DNA of 64,000 nucleotides from Eutreptiella sp. 'Long Island Sound 2002' (GCA_964036045.1 OZ038378.1:79546001-79610000); one strand, 5' to 3'. Positions 49,880 through 61,547 are shown, numbered from the stretch's first letter. A program made the numbers and translations. Notes: generated from the sequence alone by a model not told the origin.

Positions 49880-50700
49880 ATTGTGCAAACGATCTCTGAA
49901 TGGCGTTGAAGACAGGCAAAAAACAGGTGTGTCGTGGTTGCGAATTCTCTGCAGGTTGCAAGGATGATGCGCGAAGGAGTACCCAAGTTGACCTGCCGGT
50001 GGGCAAGGCAACAAGAAGGCTAGTGCATATGTGAATGGCGATGAAGACAGGCAAAAAAAAGGTGTGTTGTGAATGTCATTTCGCTGCAGGTTCCAAGGAT
50101 GATGCGTAAAGGAGTGCCCAAGCTGATCTTCCGTTGGGCAAGGTAATAAGAAGGCCAGTGCATATTTTAATGGCGCTGAAGACAAGCATTCCAAAAAACA
50201 GGTATGTTGGCGCCCCGGCACACGTGCCACTTTTGTGCAGGTATCAAGAACTTGTGCAGCAACAAGAAGACCTTAACCCTCAAGTTCAGCATGGCCGCAT
50301 CATGGGCAGCGCATCTCTGCATGGCGCCGAAGAAAGGCAAAAAACAGATGTGTTTTGCTTGCCACTTTTTTGCGGGTATCAAGGTGTTGTGGAGCAACAC
50401 TACCACCCTGAGCCGCAAGTGGACAATGGCCGCATCATGGGCACTGCATCTCTGCATAGCACTGAAGACAGGCAAAAAGCAGGTGTGTTTTGCTTGCCAC
50501 TTTTCTGCAGGTATCAAGGTTTTGTGGAGCAACACCAAGACCGTGACCTTCAAGTTGACAACGGCCGCATCATGGGCAGCGCATCTCTGGATGGCGCTGA
50601 AGACACACACGAAACAGGTGTCTTGTGCGTGCCACTTTTCTGCAGGGCCCTCGGTATTCTGCACCTTTGAATCACCGTGAAAGGCTCAAGTCCAACACCT
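49880..50700. repeat. ~135-150-bp tandem repeat
   Basis: gaagacaggcaaaaa...gtgt...tgccacttt...tgcagg recurs about six times. Confidence 0.85.
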
Positions 50701-51344
50701 GTGCCAACCACCAAGGCTGCTGCAACCACCAGACGGCATTTTCGCATGGCGCCGAAGGCAGACATTCAACAAAAAGAGGTGTGTTGGCGCCCAAACACAG
50801 TGTGTGCAAGATGCAAGTCACAAGGGGTGTGCGTGCGAGTACCGAGTGCGACGCAGTGCCGAAGGGTGCAATTCCCTTCTACGCCTTTGCACATTGAGCC
50901 GGGGCCGTAGTCTCTTCTCTTTGAGAGAGCGATGGTGTCAAAAGATCAATGTCCTCCTGTACATATACATGTGAACAATCCATCTGACGGTTGGTGCTGT
51001 TGTGCTTGGAACCCGGCGCTCCGTCAGTCGGCCCTAGGATCGGGGGCATGTGATTGGCCATGCCTGGCCATGGTAGCCGGGGCAGCCTCCACAAAAATTC
51101 TGTGGAGGCGGCGGAGCAAGGGCGGTGGGGTGGGGTTTGGGGGGGCCGGGGGGTGGGGGGCAACAGGGGGGGGGGCTCCGGAGGGGGGGGGGGGTTCCTG
51201 GACCCAGTGGGGACAATGGGCGGTTAGGGTAGAAAAAGTCCCCCACAGGTAGAAGTTTTTGTGTACGGGGTTGGGGGGGGACGTGTTGCGGTTGAAAAGA
51301 AAGTTTGCGCCTCTTGGGGGAATTTTTCTTCCGCCCTCCCCCTG

Positions 51345-51687
51345 GGTGAATGAGTTGAGGTCTCACCTGAAGGGGATGGGGGCACTGCACAGGGCGTTGG
51401 GACTTAGTATTAGTTTGTGGCCCCACTTGTGGGTAGACCACATGGTTGAGGTGGCAGGGCTGTATGGGGATTGGAGCCTGACAGGGGGGTTCAAAGCAGA
51501 GGGGAGACACAAGCGGCTGAAGCAGGAGGTCAGCAAAAGGTCTTTCAAGGGGGGAGGGAAGGGGAGCAGGCTGAGGGGGGTGGGCAAGAGTTGGGGTGAA
51601 CTCATCCGAAATGATAATATGGACTACAATTTGTTAAATAAGGGGTTAATTGTGTGGGACCCGGCATGGACAAAACAGGATGCATAA
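51345..51687 (+). pseudogene. Element E transposase, 3' part
   Basis: VNELRSH...SLWPHLWVDH (H-x4-H)...FKAEGRHKRLK (E). Confidence 0.75.
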
Positions 51688-52479
51688 GAAGAATGAAGTG
51701 CTTGGAAGCACTTGAAGGGTGTACAAAAGTCAGAACACTCATTGTTGTTGTGCTCATGCCATGTACCTCAGCGTGCATTATCATTTTAATGTGTCCATGT
51801 ACCCAACGAAGGGCTATGGTTTCATTTAACCATGATTTAGCTTAAGACAAAACTAGTTTTAGCACACGTCAAAGCCAGATTTAGCTTGCAATGCAGGGTT
51901 GCAAACCTAAGACAAAAGTTGGTATGGTAAGCGCGCATCAAAAGTAGTTTTAGCGCGCGTCAAAATAAGGTCAAATCACGGAAAGCCCCCGTTTTGACTA
52001 TGGGGTCAATGAAGTAGCACCGGACACGAAACACCCCGTCGTGGGGTGATGGCGGCGGTGTTTTGGTTGATTCAAAAGCGGGGAGCCTTGTTTTTCCTTG
52101 AAAAAACTTTGTTGAAAAAGGGTACAAGTGGGAGGAGGGCAGTAAGTGGGGATGTGAGTTTTTGCCTTGATTTGCAGGAGTTTACCGCGTTTAAGCGAAC
52201 TTCATTGTCTTCGTAGTTACATCCGAGTTCATGAACGGGGGAGGGGTTGAGTACACGGCCGCTACCGGCCTCAATTTTTTTGTGTGGCGGGGTGCATGCC
52301 TGTGCCATGGTGGGAGTTGGACCAAACTTTCTATTGGGCTCCACGACCATGGCAAGCGGGCCCCCACACCCGCTTATTTGCAGCTCACTGGAATGGTTGT
52401 TTCGAGGGGCAAGGACATGGCCGCTTTGGTCACAATACTTGCGAACAATATTCAGGAAAGCGGCCATTTTGTGGTGAAA

Positions 52480-54698
52480 TAATTTTTCGAATTTAGTCTT
52501 AACATTTCCCGTTGAATATCTCGTTTTTCGTTAATATTAAGAGGGAACGAATTATTAACTTAATATTAAGCGAAAATTGTGAACGCAAAAAGTAATGCAC
52601 TTGTTTTTTGTAGGTTTTGCAATCAATTCATGACTGCAAGCTGTTGTATTGGGCAACTTCTTGTGTGTGGAGTGAACCAGCTGTTGGGGTTAAGTGCCCT
52701 CTTATGTGACGCCTGATTGGCGTCCCTACATTGCCCATACCGTCCTATATATACAGGAAACATACAAAATATACCAAATCAATGGGGCATGTTAACACGC
52801 ACACACACACACACACACACATACACACATACACACACCCACACACACAACCCCTCTGTCACACATTCTTGCTGCTTGCGATGCCCTCCCCTTGAATTAG
52901 GGTTTCGGAGGGTATCCCCCTTTTGTTCTGAAGGTCTTGTGCAAATTGTGAACAACCACAACAACAACAACGACAACAACAACAACAACAACAACAGCAG
53001 CAAGCAAACGGCCATCGCAAATGGTTTGAGGCTACGAGTCCCCCCTACCCCCCCCCCCCCCGGCCCCACAAACACTCTAAATGATGGTGGGTGGGAAAAT
53101 GGCTTTGGGGGGTGTGGTGTGTGAGGGGTGGTTTCTAGGTCTGCGGTGCGTGGGGCTGTCTTGTGTGGGGGTGTGGTTTCTAGGGCTTTGGTGTCTGGTG
53201 ATGTGGTTTGTGGGGCTGTGGTGTGGGTTCCGGTGCCTTTTTGGTGCAGAGATCAACGGTCGAGGGACAAAAAAAAATCTTTTTTAATTTTTCTGCCGCC
53301 TCCTTTACTTTTTATGGTTTAGTATTAATAGCGGCGTCCATTAGCATTTAATATGTTAACCAAATACAAGCAATTAAATGGTAATCGAGAAATATTAATC
53401 TTCTGTTTTGCAAAGACCCACATCACACTATCCCACACCCCACAGCCCCACACGCCACCTCCCCACACCCCACGGCCCCACACCCCACACGACCAAGCAC
53501 CACAGCCCCAAACGCCTCAGTCCAGCATGCCGCGCCCCCACAACCTGCAGCCCAACAGCGCACAGGCCCACACCCGGTAGCTCCACACTTCACAGCCCTC
53601 ACCTCTACAGCCCCCCATCCCGCAGCTCCCCACCCGAGAGCCCTACCCCCCACAGCCACACGCACCACAACCCCATACACCACAGCGGCACACACCACAG
53701 CCCTACGCACTACATCGTCACACACCACAATCCCAAACGCCACAGCTTGGCACCCCACAGCCCCACAGCCCGTAGGTCAACACACCACAGCCCTACGCAC
53801 CACAGCACCCAACAGCCCCACAGCTAGCAGGCCCACAACCAGTAGCCCCACACCCCACAGCGCCACCTCTAACAGCTCCACACGCCAAAGCCGAAGGCTG
53901 TCATATTTTTCGTGAGGTATGCCTGGATACCTTGCATATGTTTTTGCCGCGTCTCGTTTAATATTGATTTGATGTAACTCTCGTTTAACATTAAAAAAAA
54001 AATGCCGGCACTCCAAATATTCAATATTAAGAGTAAACATTAAACGCAAAAAATGAAATGAGACACCAAAAAAATTACAATTACAAAGTTCTGTGTCCCT
54101 CCCGAGTTTTTTTCTACGCCAAAGACCCACCACAACCCACCAATGGTACAGTGCCGCCCGACAGCATATCCTTTGGGGCCGCGGTTTGTGGGATTGTGGT
54201 ATGTGGGGCTATGTTGTGTGGGCATGTGGTCTCCCGGGCCCAGGTGTGTGGGGATGTTTTGTGTGGGGGTGCGTTGTACTGGGTCATGATGTGTTGGGCT
54301 TTGGTGTCTCGTGGCGTGGTCTATGCGGCTGTTGTATGTGGGACTATTGCCGCACACCCCCACACGCCGCAGCGCCAGAAACTACAGCGTCACACACTAA
54401 AGCCCTATAAACCACACCCCCACACTAGACAGCCCCACACACCACACACCCACACACCACAGACCTAGAAACCACACACCACCTACTACAGCCCCGCACA
54501 CCACACTCCCACCCACCGGGTTCGGTAGTGCTTGGGGGGTGGGGGGCTTAGGGGGGGGCCGCAGCCTAGAAACGACACCTTCACCCACCACAATGGGCAC
54601 ACACACAAACACACAGACACGGAAACACACAAACATACCCCGAAACCATTTCTGATGGCCTTTTCATTGTTGTTCTATTGTTGTTGTTGTTGTTGTTC

Positions 54699-54736
<38 letters not shown>

Positions 54737-55330
54737 ATTGTTGTTGTTCACCATTGCAAAATACCTGGAGAGCAAAAGTGGGATACCCTCCCAAATCCAC
54801 ATTGCAAGGGGAAGGCAGAGCAAGGAACGAAGATGCCTAACGTAAGGGATGGGTGTATGGGGTTCCAATATCGGTGTGTGTGCGTGTTAGTGTTCGTGTG
54901 CGCATAGAAGGGGCGAGGGGGGGAGATGGATTTATGAATTACTAAGGTGGCCCGCATGGGCATGGACATGGGACGTGAGGGCACATGGGTATGTCAAGCG
55001 TGTTTTTGTGCATGTATAGGGAGGATTACTTTTGGGGTGAAACCCTTCAATATCTATTTGTTTGATATTAATGCGCGTGACCCCTTGATATTTCATTTTT
55101 GAAAAATTATTTCAATTTTTTCAAGGCAAATATCAATCACCGAGCACCGTTTTAATATTTTTGTACATCCAAACGGGTAAAACGCCCCCCCCGACCCCCG
55201 ACGCAAAATGGTAGGCAAACGTGCAAGGCACCCCGTGGGGGTGAATTTTTGCCCGAAACACCGCAAAAACCATCTCCAAAAATAGGCAAATTTCCTTTTA
55301 GCGTATTAATATTTACCCAGACATATATAC
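52480..55330. repeat. Non-coding foldback-like region with nested inverted repeats and CA/CAA microsatellites
   Basis: ~52790-53040 is an inverted copy of ~54630-54900 (gagggtatccc..ttttg, (CAA)n, ggccatc..aaatggttt). C-rich ccccacag and G-rich gtgtgggg blocks and AT-rich patches alternate. Confidence 0.75.
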
Positions 55331-55339
55331 CATATGGAC

Positions 55340-56300
55340 TTTAACGTGGGTTCCTAGGGTTTGCTCGTTGGGCACGTGTGCGGGTACCGCCGCTTGCTTT
55401 TGTAAACACTCTTGCATGTCGGTTGGGGCTACCTAACAATGGTCTCCGCACCGGGGGAAGGTAGGCGTACGGGTGCCGCGGCATCCACGTGAGATCCGCC
55501 CGCGGATTCTCCTTGGTTGCCGCATCCAGCCAAATGTTGATGGAGGTGATCCGGTTGAAGGGGGTAACCACCGCGTTGATGGTTGATCTTGGGGATAGGC
55601 GTACCTTCCCCAAGCCGTGCGCATGTAGTGTACCCCTTCGCCACACTTTATTCGCTCTTGGTACCGTCGAATTGCGCCCACTGTTGACTCCATCTTAGGT
55701 ACAACGCCGTGCCGTGTGGTGTGGTGTGGTGTGGTGCGGTGTGGTGTGTGGTGTGGTGTGAGTCGGTGAGTGAGTGAGTGAGGACGCACCTGTCGCACTA
55801 ATAGGATCACTGCCAGCCCACGTTGCTGACTGCTCGGTGTGGTGCGGTGTGGTGTGCTCAACGCACTGTTACGAAACGTCAATCGCCGGGATGTTCTTGC
55901 ATATGGGTAATGCAAACTGGGAGGGGTGTGTGTCGAAACGCGTGTTGTGTGTAGTAGGTGGTGCACCTATGGCAAAGGGCCATCACTCTCTGTGGCCTCT
56001 GCTAGCTACTTCCTAGGGCTGCCCTGGGGATGCCCTGCGGCTATGTGGTATGTCTGATACCGCTACTAAAGTTCTCGCTAGGCCAGGGCCATCTTGCCTC
56101 CGGGCCCTAGGTGGGCATTGATGAGGCCGATACATGGGCAGCTTAGAGCTTTCGATACAATGCCACACTGCGGTGGGTCGTCGGTAGTGGGGATGTTGCA
56201 GTTCGCGGACATCTCGGAGCGGCAGTCGGCAATTGGGTGCTTTTATACATCACATCGGTGCGTTGGGCAGCGGGTAGTGGAGATCATTTAGTCCACGGCC
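55340..56300 (-). pseudogene. Degraded Penelope-like element 3' part (GIY-YIG-like)
   Basis: VIY*CDRC, then after a microsatellite YL(G)ESTVGAIRRYQER; needs frameshifts. Confidence 0.35.
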
Positions 56301-56319
56301 ACAAGGCAGCATGGGGGCA

Positions 56320-57300
56320 GTGGGCAATGGAACTCTTGGTGAACACTGCCTCACAATCTTGGGGTGGTGGGCAATTGAAAACTTGTTGTGCACTGCCTCA
56401 TCGCCTCACAGCTGCGGGTTGTGGAACACCTACGGGACACCGCCTCGCTGCCTCGGAGTAGTGGGCCGTGGAACCCCTTATGTACATTGCCTTGTTGCCT
56501 TGGGGCAGTAGGCAGTGGAACTCCTACATTACAGTGCCGCACCACCCGGGGCACTGGGCATGGGGACTCCTGCGGTGCACCGCCGCCGTTCCTTGGGGTA
56601 GTGGGTCGTGGATTCCCTTTGGCACATCGTTGCGGTGCCATGGGGCACTAGGCAATGGAACTCTTGCGGTACACCACCAGACTGCCTTTCTGAAATGGGT
56701 AGTAGAACTCCTTTGGGGTATTGCCACATCGCCTTGGGGCAGGGTCAGTGGAACTCCAACGGCGCACTGCCGTAGTGCATGGGCGCAGTTGGCAGTGGTA
56801 CTCCTGCGGTGACACCGACTTGGGATAGTGGGTAGTGGATTGCCTTGGCACTGTACTGCAGTGCCTTGGTACTTTTGCAGCACACTACCGCACCGCCTGT
56901 CGGCGGTGGACAGTGGAACCACGTGTGGTACACCGCCGCACTGCCTAGGGGAGTGGGCAGTGGATCTTGCTTCCACTGCGGCAATGCCTCGGGGTAGTGG
57001 CCAAGGGGACTCTTGCGGTACACCGTTGCACTGCCTTGGCGCAGTGGGCAGTGGATTGCTTTGGCACTCTCTGCAGCGCCTTTGGGCAACGGGCGCTGGT
57101 ACTTTTGCAGCACGTTGCCACACCGCCTGGGGGCAGTTGGCAGTGGATCTCTTGCGGGACACCGCCGCACTGCCTCGGGGCAGTGGGCAGTTGAACTCCC
57201 GCATACACCGCCGCACTGCCAAGGGCAGCGGGCAGCGGAAGTCTCGCGGTACACCGCCGCACTGGCTTGGGGCAGTGGGCAGTGGAACGCCTATGGCAGC
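56320..57300. repeat. Degenerate ~45-50-bp minisatellite
   Basis: ggggcagtgggcagtggaactcttgcggtacaccgccgcactgcct units. Confidence 0.85.
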
Positions 57301-58462
57301 CTATAATTAAATGCTATTCTAGTCGCTAGTCAAATTCAAACTAAACGCGTTTATGCGTTTGTTTTCCAAAAAAAGCGCCCGTTTTTGGGCGAGAATCGCT
57401 ATTTATTGATGTTTGTTGATGTTTATCGGTGTTTTCACATATTCTTGTATGCATTGGGGAATGTTTTGGGTTGCCTTGTTGTGCCATTCGCTTGCAAGTT
57501 GTCATTTGGGGTAGGTGTCACTTAAATTGGTTTCCGTAAAGCAACAATCATACGCGCCATCTCGTTCGCTTACAACACAGAGGTTAGGGAAATGTGCCTC
57601 TTGACACTTCGTGACGGCTTGCATTTGTACATCCACATTAGAAAAACAAGCTTCAATGTAAAACAAACAAAGTTCTGGCTTCTAACTCACTGCATGTACG
57701 TGCGCATTACCATAAATAGATAGACAAAGCCTGAACTTCGCTGGTTCGTATGTTTCTCCATTCCCCAAAAGAATTATCATCTCTCGTCTTCTGGTTTGTT
57801 CACCCTTCAGACCCTATTTTCCTCTCTGGCATCTCGGGATGGGTGGTGATGTATGGATGCGCCGCCTTAGTCTGGTCGCTCCCGAGGGTGCCGATTGGAT
57901 GCATTTCAACAATGCCTCGGCCGCCCTCCGGTACCTGCACTCCCCTGACGGTGGGTCGTTGATGAAGTTGGCCCACACCCAAGTCATGCGCGCCGCCAAG
58001 GCGGATGGCACGCGTGATGGCTAGGCCTTCGCCCTGAAGAAGCCGGCGTCTAGCTCAGGCGCATCGGTTGCCCCGCCTCCGTCGTCTTCACGTGCCACCC
58101 CCTCCTTAAGTCCTTTTCTTCTTGTTCCGGTAAGGTGTGCATGTTGTGGTGCAAACATTTGTGGCACCCAGTATTCTTGTCAGAGGTGCCATAACGTGGT
58201 TGATGAGGCGCGCATGACCATGGTTGGAGCAACCGTGCACTGCTTCTCGTGCACCTGCCGTGCCTGTAGACAGGAAGTGTCCATGCCTGATGTGGAATCT
58301 CACAAGTGTCATTTCCGCGTGCATCCAGGGTGCACCACAGATGGTATTTTCACCTACTGTGTTGAGAGGTGCCGGCCGTCTAACCCCCCCAAGAAACGGC
58401 AGTTCAAAAGGGAGTAGCTTCTTACCGGCTCTTGGCTAAGGTATGATGCTACTAGGGACAAG

Positions 58463-60760
58463 ATGTGGTGCACTACATGTCAGCACTACCCTCAACTTGG
58501 CCACTCTGTTCCCTTCGTGCCAGGTACTTCAAACTTCATGCTGGGCTCCCTTAAGTATTACCAACGGTCGGGCTCACACGCTGTGTCCTTGGCCTTGTGG
58601 CAATCAGGTGGTTGGGTGACGTCAGTCATTCAAACCTTGCCCTCTGATGTGCTACAGGGCATCCTGGCCCTATTCAGGATAGTGTACAGGATTGCGCACC
58701 GCTCTGGTCCCCTCAGTCATCTGGAAGGGGATGCTGAGAACGTGTCGCTCAATGGAGGCACAATTATCCCAAGTTATCGTTCGGGTCAGCCGCCGGATTC
58801 CCATTCTCGGAGGGCTATGGGCGCCTTCAGTGAGGCTGGTGTATGCAAGCCCTCGAGTTCCAACCCCCGCAATGGAGGTGCATTCACGTGCTATCCATTG
58901 GCCTTTTGATACGGATGGATATGTTAAACCCTATAGGGCTTTAGAGCCTCCTCTTTTTGAGCTCTCACAGCTCAAGCCGTCCGGCATTGCAGGCAGCTAT
59001 GCCTTTCACGAGGTCCGGGTGTTTAATGAGGAAATAAAATTTATTGAGCCACCACCTGGTGAGGCCCTTCAGGGTAAAAGTATATGGGGTAATACACCGG
59101 ATGGCTGGATTGACCCACAGTTGGTTGACAGCCTACGGAAACAATTGTCGGTACCGGTTTGGGATGAGTCTATGCCCATTTATGATTGGGAAATATTGTA
59201 TCGTGATTGGTGCCCCCCCCCCCCCCCCTTGCAAACTCCCCCCCCCCCTTGCAATCTCCCCCCACCACCCGGGAGACCGTCACTTCCATGTTTTTCTAGT
59301 TATTATGTATTGTGCTGGTTTGTGTTGCCCATCTGCTTTACGCATGGCCTTGCATTGCTTTCCCATTACTTCAAATCAAGCAGCAGTTCAAAGTGTGTTA
59401 TTCTCGTACCCAGAAGTTCTTTACCGTTCCTGTGGATCCTCAATAACATTTGTGTTGGATGACGCACAGTGGCATCAACGCGAAAGTTGCTTCACACGTG
59501 TTCTCTTTGCTCGCATTAGTGGAGGGTACCACAATTTGCCTTGAAATACCCTTGCAATCCCCCCCCCCCCCCGGGAGACCGTCACTTGGCGACCGTCTCC
59601 CCCCCCCCCACCCGTGAGACCGTCGCGCGCTAACCTGGGAGTTTGCAAGGGGGTTGGGGGGCACACCCCCCTCCGGTAGGGAGGTGCTTCGCTTTATTTC
59701 CCATCCATTTCGCATTTCCCAGGGTTCGATCCGCTGGCTGACACGTTTCAGCCTGCTGCGCTGTTTTGGAATAATGCTCCCTCTAGGCTCAAGACATTGC
59801 ATGCAGTGGCTCGCGCCCTCGATGCCGCACTCTTGAAATTAGGGGTTCTGCACACTCGTCGCTAGTGTGCTTTTGCAGCCGATGCATTGCGCCGTATGAA
59901 GCGGTGCTATGTGATTGTTGTGCTTGGTTTGCGTGAGTTACACCTGAGCAAGGCAGTCCACAAAGAACAAAGAGATGCTTTGCTTTTTGCGCTCACGAAC
60001 GAGGTCTTTCTATGTGGTCTTTTTTTTTATGCTGGATGTTGTGCAGGCTTCGGCCGCGATGTCCAAAGGAAGCCAGGTGACGAAGAGGTGCTCTGCTCTG
60101 ATTGATCGCAGTGTGGAGGCATGCGTTGTTGAGTTGGACAAAGTAGCGTGATGGGAAGGAGATGAGTGGCTGGCATTCAAGGCCGCTTTGGTTCCCACGA
60201 GGGCTCCCATACACGGTTTTATGGTGTCCCCCTGCACAACAGCAACGGGCGTACAAAAATCATGTCGCAGGCAAGTGATTTTGTGGCGAGGGCGCGGGCT
60301 GAGTTGCTGTCACGCTTTGTGAATACCCACCCCGTTGCTAAGGCGACAAGCTTCTTGGATTTTTTCGGCGGGCCATGGCCCGATAGTGTTGCGCTGGCCT
60401 CGCATGCAACAAATGGCATCACCACCATCCGTGACCATTTTCAGCCAGCATTGCCCCCTTTGCCCTGTGCAGTGGACCAATTTATTCACATTAAGATGAG
60501 GTTGCATGCAGACATGCGTGCTGGGAAGATACCGTGTGACCCTTCGGTGACTCCTACCCCTGTTTTTACTGTCCGATGAGAACCGAAATGCGGCGGAGCA
60601 TGCAGGTTTGTTTGCGTATGTGTGCAGTAGTGTGAACAGTGTGCAATATCTCAAGTATGCAATATACCAATGCACATCCCGGGACTGTGGGTCTGCCTTT
60701 GCTTCTTAGGCCCCCCGGCAAGGCAATGCGTGGCGCCAGTGAACAATGACGCCTTGGAGC
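58463..60760 (+). pseudogene. hAT-family (ZNF862-like) transposase, heavily degraded
   Basis: MWCTTC...FVPGTSNF (TTF-type zinc finger), LFRIVYRIAHRSGPLSHLE...NG...Y, IRWLTRF, FFMLDVVQA..MSKGSQ, CEQ.AISQ (dimerisation region). Confidence 0.65.
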
Positions 60761-61547
60761 AAAGACCAGCAGCAGCCCCTCGGAACGTTATCGATGTGGA
60801 CAATGACGAACAGGAAGAGGAGGAGGACGAGAGGGACGAGGGTGGTGAAGAGGAGGAGGAGCCGGAGGAGGGGGAGGGGGAGGGGCGCTTATGCCTCGGG
60901 CAGGAGCACAACAGCAGGGTTGTCACGGAGCGGGAGGGGAGTGAGTGGCCACCGGACTACTAAAGCAACCGCAGTGGGGGCTGTGGAGCCCGCGCACATA
61001 AACACGTACAAGCATTCAAATACAAAGATGTTCCGCATGTTTATGTTGTGCTCTTGTTTCATGTGCAGGGTATGGATTACAGGAAGGGATGAGCCAAGAT
61101 TATTATTCACATGCAAACGCAAACAGCGGGACACAAAAACAAGGCACAGAGGAAAAATCATTTGCAGTTGAATGAAGGCCCCAAAAGTAAACATTTGAAT
61201 GAAGGTCCCAAAGGTACACATTTGAATGAAGGTCCCAAAAATAAACAAGGATTGTAAACACCCAAGAATAAACAACATGGGATTTGCTTTGTACCAAAAT
61301 TGAAGACATACAAACATATCTAAACATGTAGTAGACAATTATAAAAACCTCAATGGTACCAGCCACATAGAACAAAGTTGTGTCCTATGAACCTGCAATT
61401 GAAGAAATAGGTATAAGGAGGCAAGCATCTGCAGAATAACCATTTTTGTAAACAATTTGTTTCAAAAAGAGGTAAAAAAACAAAAAATTTTCACCAAAAT
61501 AAACAATCTACTAGTCACTAGTCAAATGGCCTTTGGATAGTGTTTAT

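Larger units (their letters stand above)
39495..51344 (+). mobile_element. P-element-superfamily transposon, 11.85 kb, CAG...CTG TIRs, 8-bp TSD AGTGAATG/GGTGAATG
   Basis: Left end CAGTGGGG...AGCAAAAAATTCACCCC and right end (reverse complement) CAGGGGGAGGGCGGAAGAAAAATTCCCCC. TSD at 39487-39494 and 51345-51352. Excision restores FLTVNELRSH in frame. Confidence 0.85.
36236..52221 (+). mobile_element. Element E: TGT...ACA TIR element with PhyH-fold gene and transposase, carrying an 11.85-kb P-like insertion
   Basis: Left end TGTAACCACGAAGGCAAAT and right end (reverse complement) TGTAACTACGAAGACAAT, similar over ~70 bp; flanks TA/TC; type-E arrays at 36505-36620 and 51845-51970. Confidence 0.75.
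36141..52482 (+). pseudogene. Small ORF split by element E (36141-36235 plus 52224-52482)
   Basis: Removing 36236-52221 and one 2-bp copy restores MAYYLQ...RRRCTLYEFMNGGGVEY...VVK* in frame; function unknown. Confidence 0.45.

Noticed and set aside
4190-51970. Repeat arrays as CRISPR arrays
   Set aside because: No constant-length repeats with unique spacers and no cas genes; the context is eukaryotic transposon DNA.
52717-54984. Poly-Asn, poly-Cys and His/Thr ORFs
   Set aside because: Microsatellite translations within the foldback region.
56351-57310. Multiple overlapping ORFs
   Set aside because: Minisatellite with few stop codons in several frames.
59887-60579. Tyrosine recombinase (VVLGLRELH)
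   Set aside because: The flanking motifs fit the hAT transposase in other frames; no HxxR/Y set.
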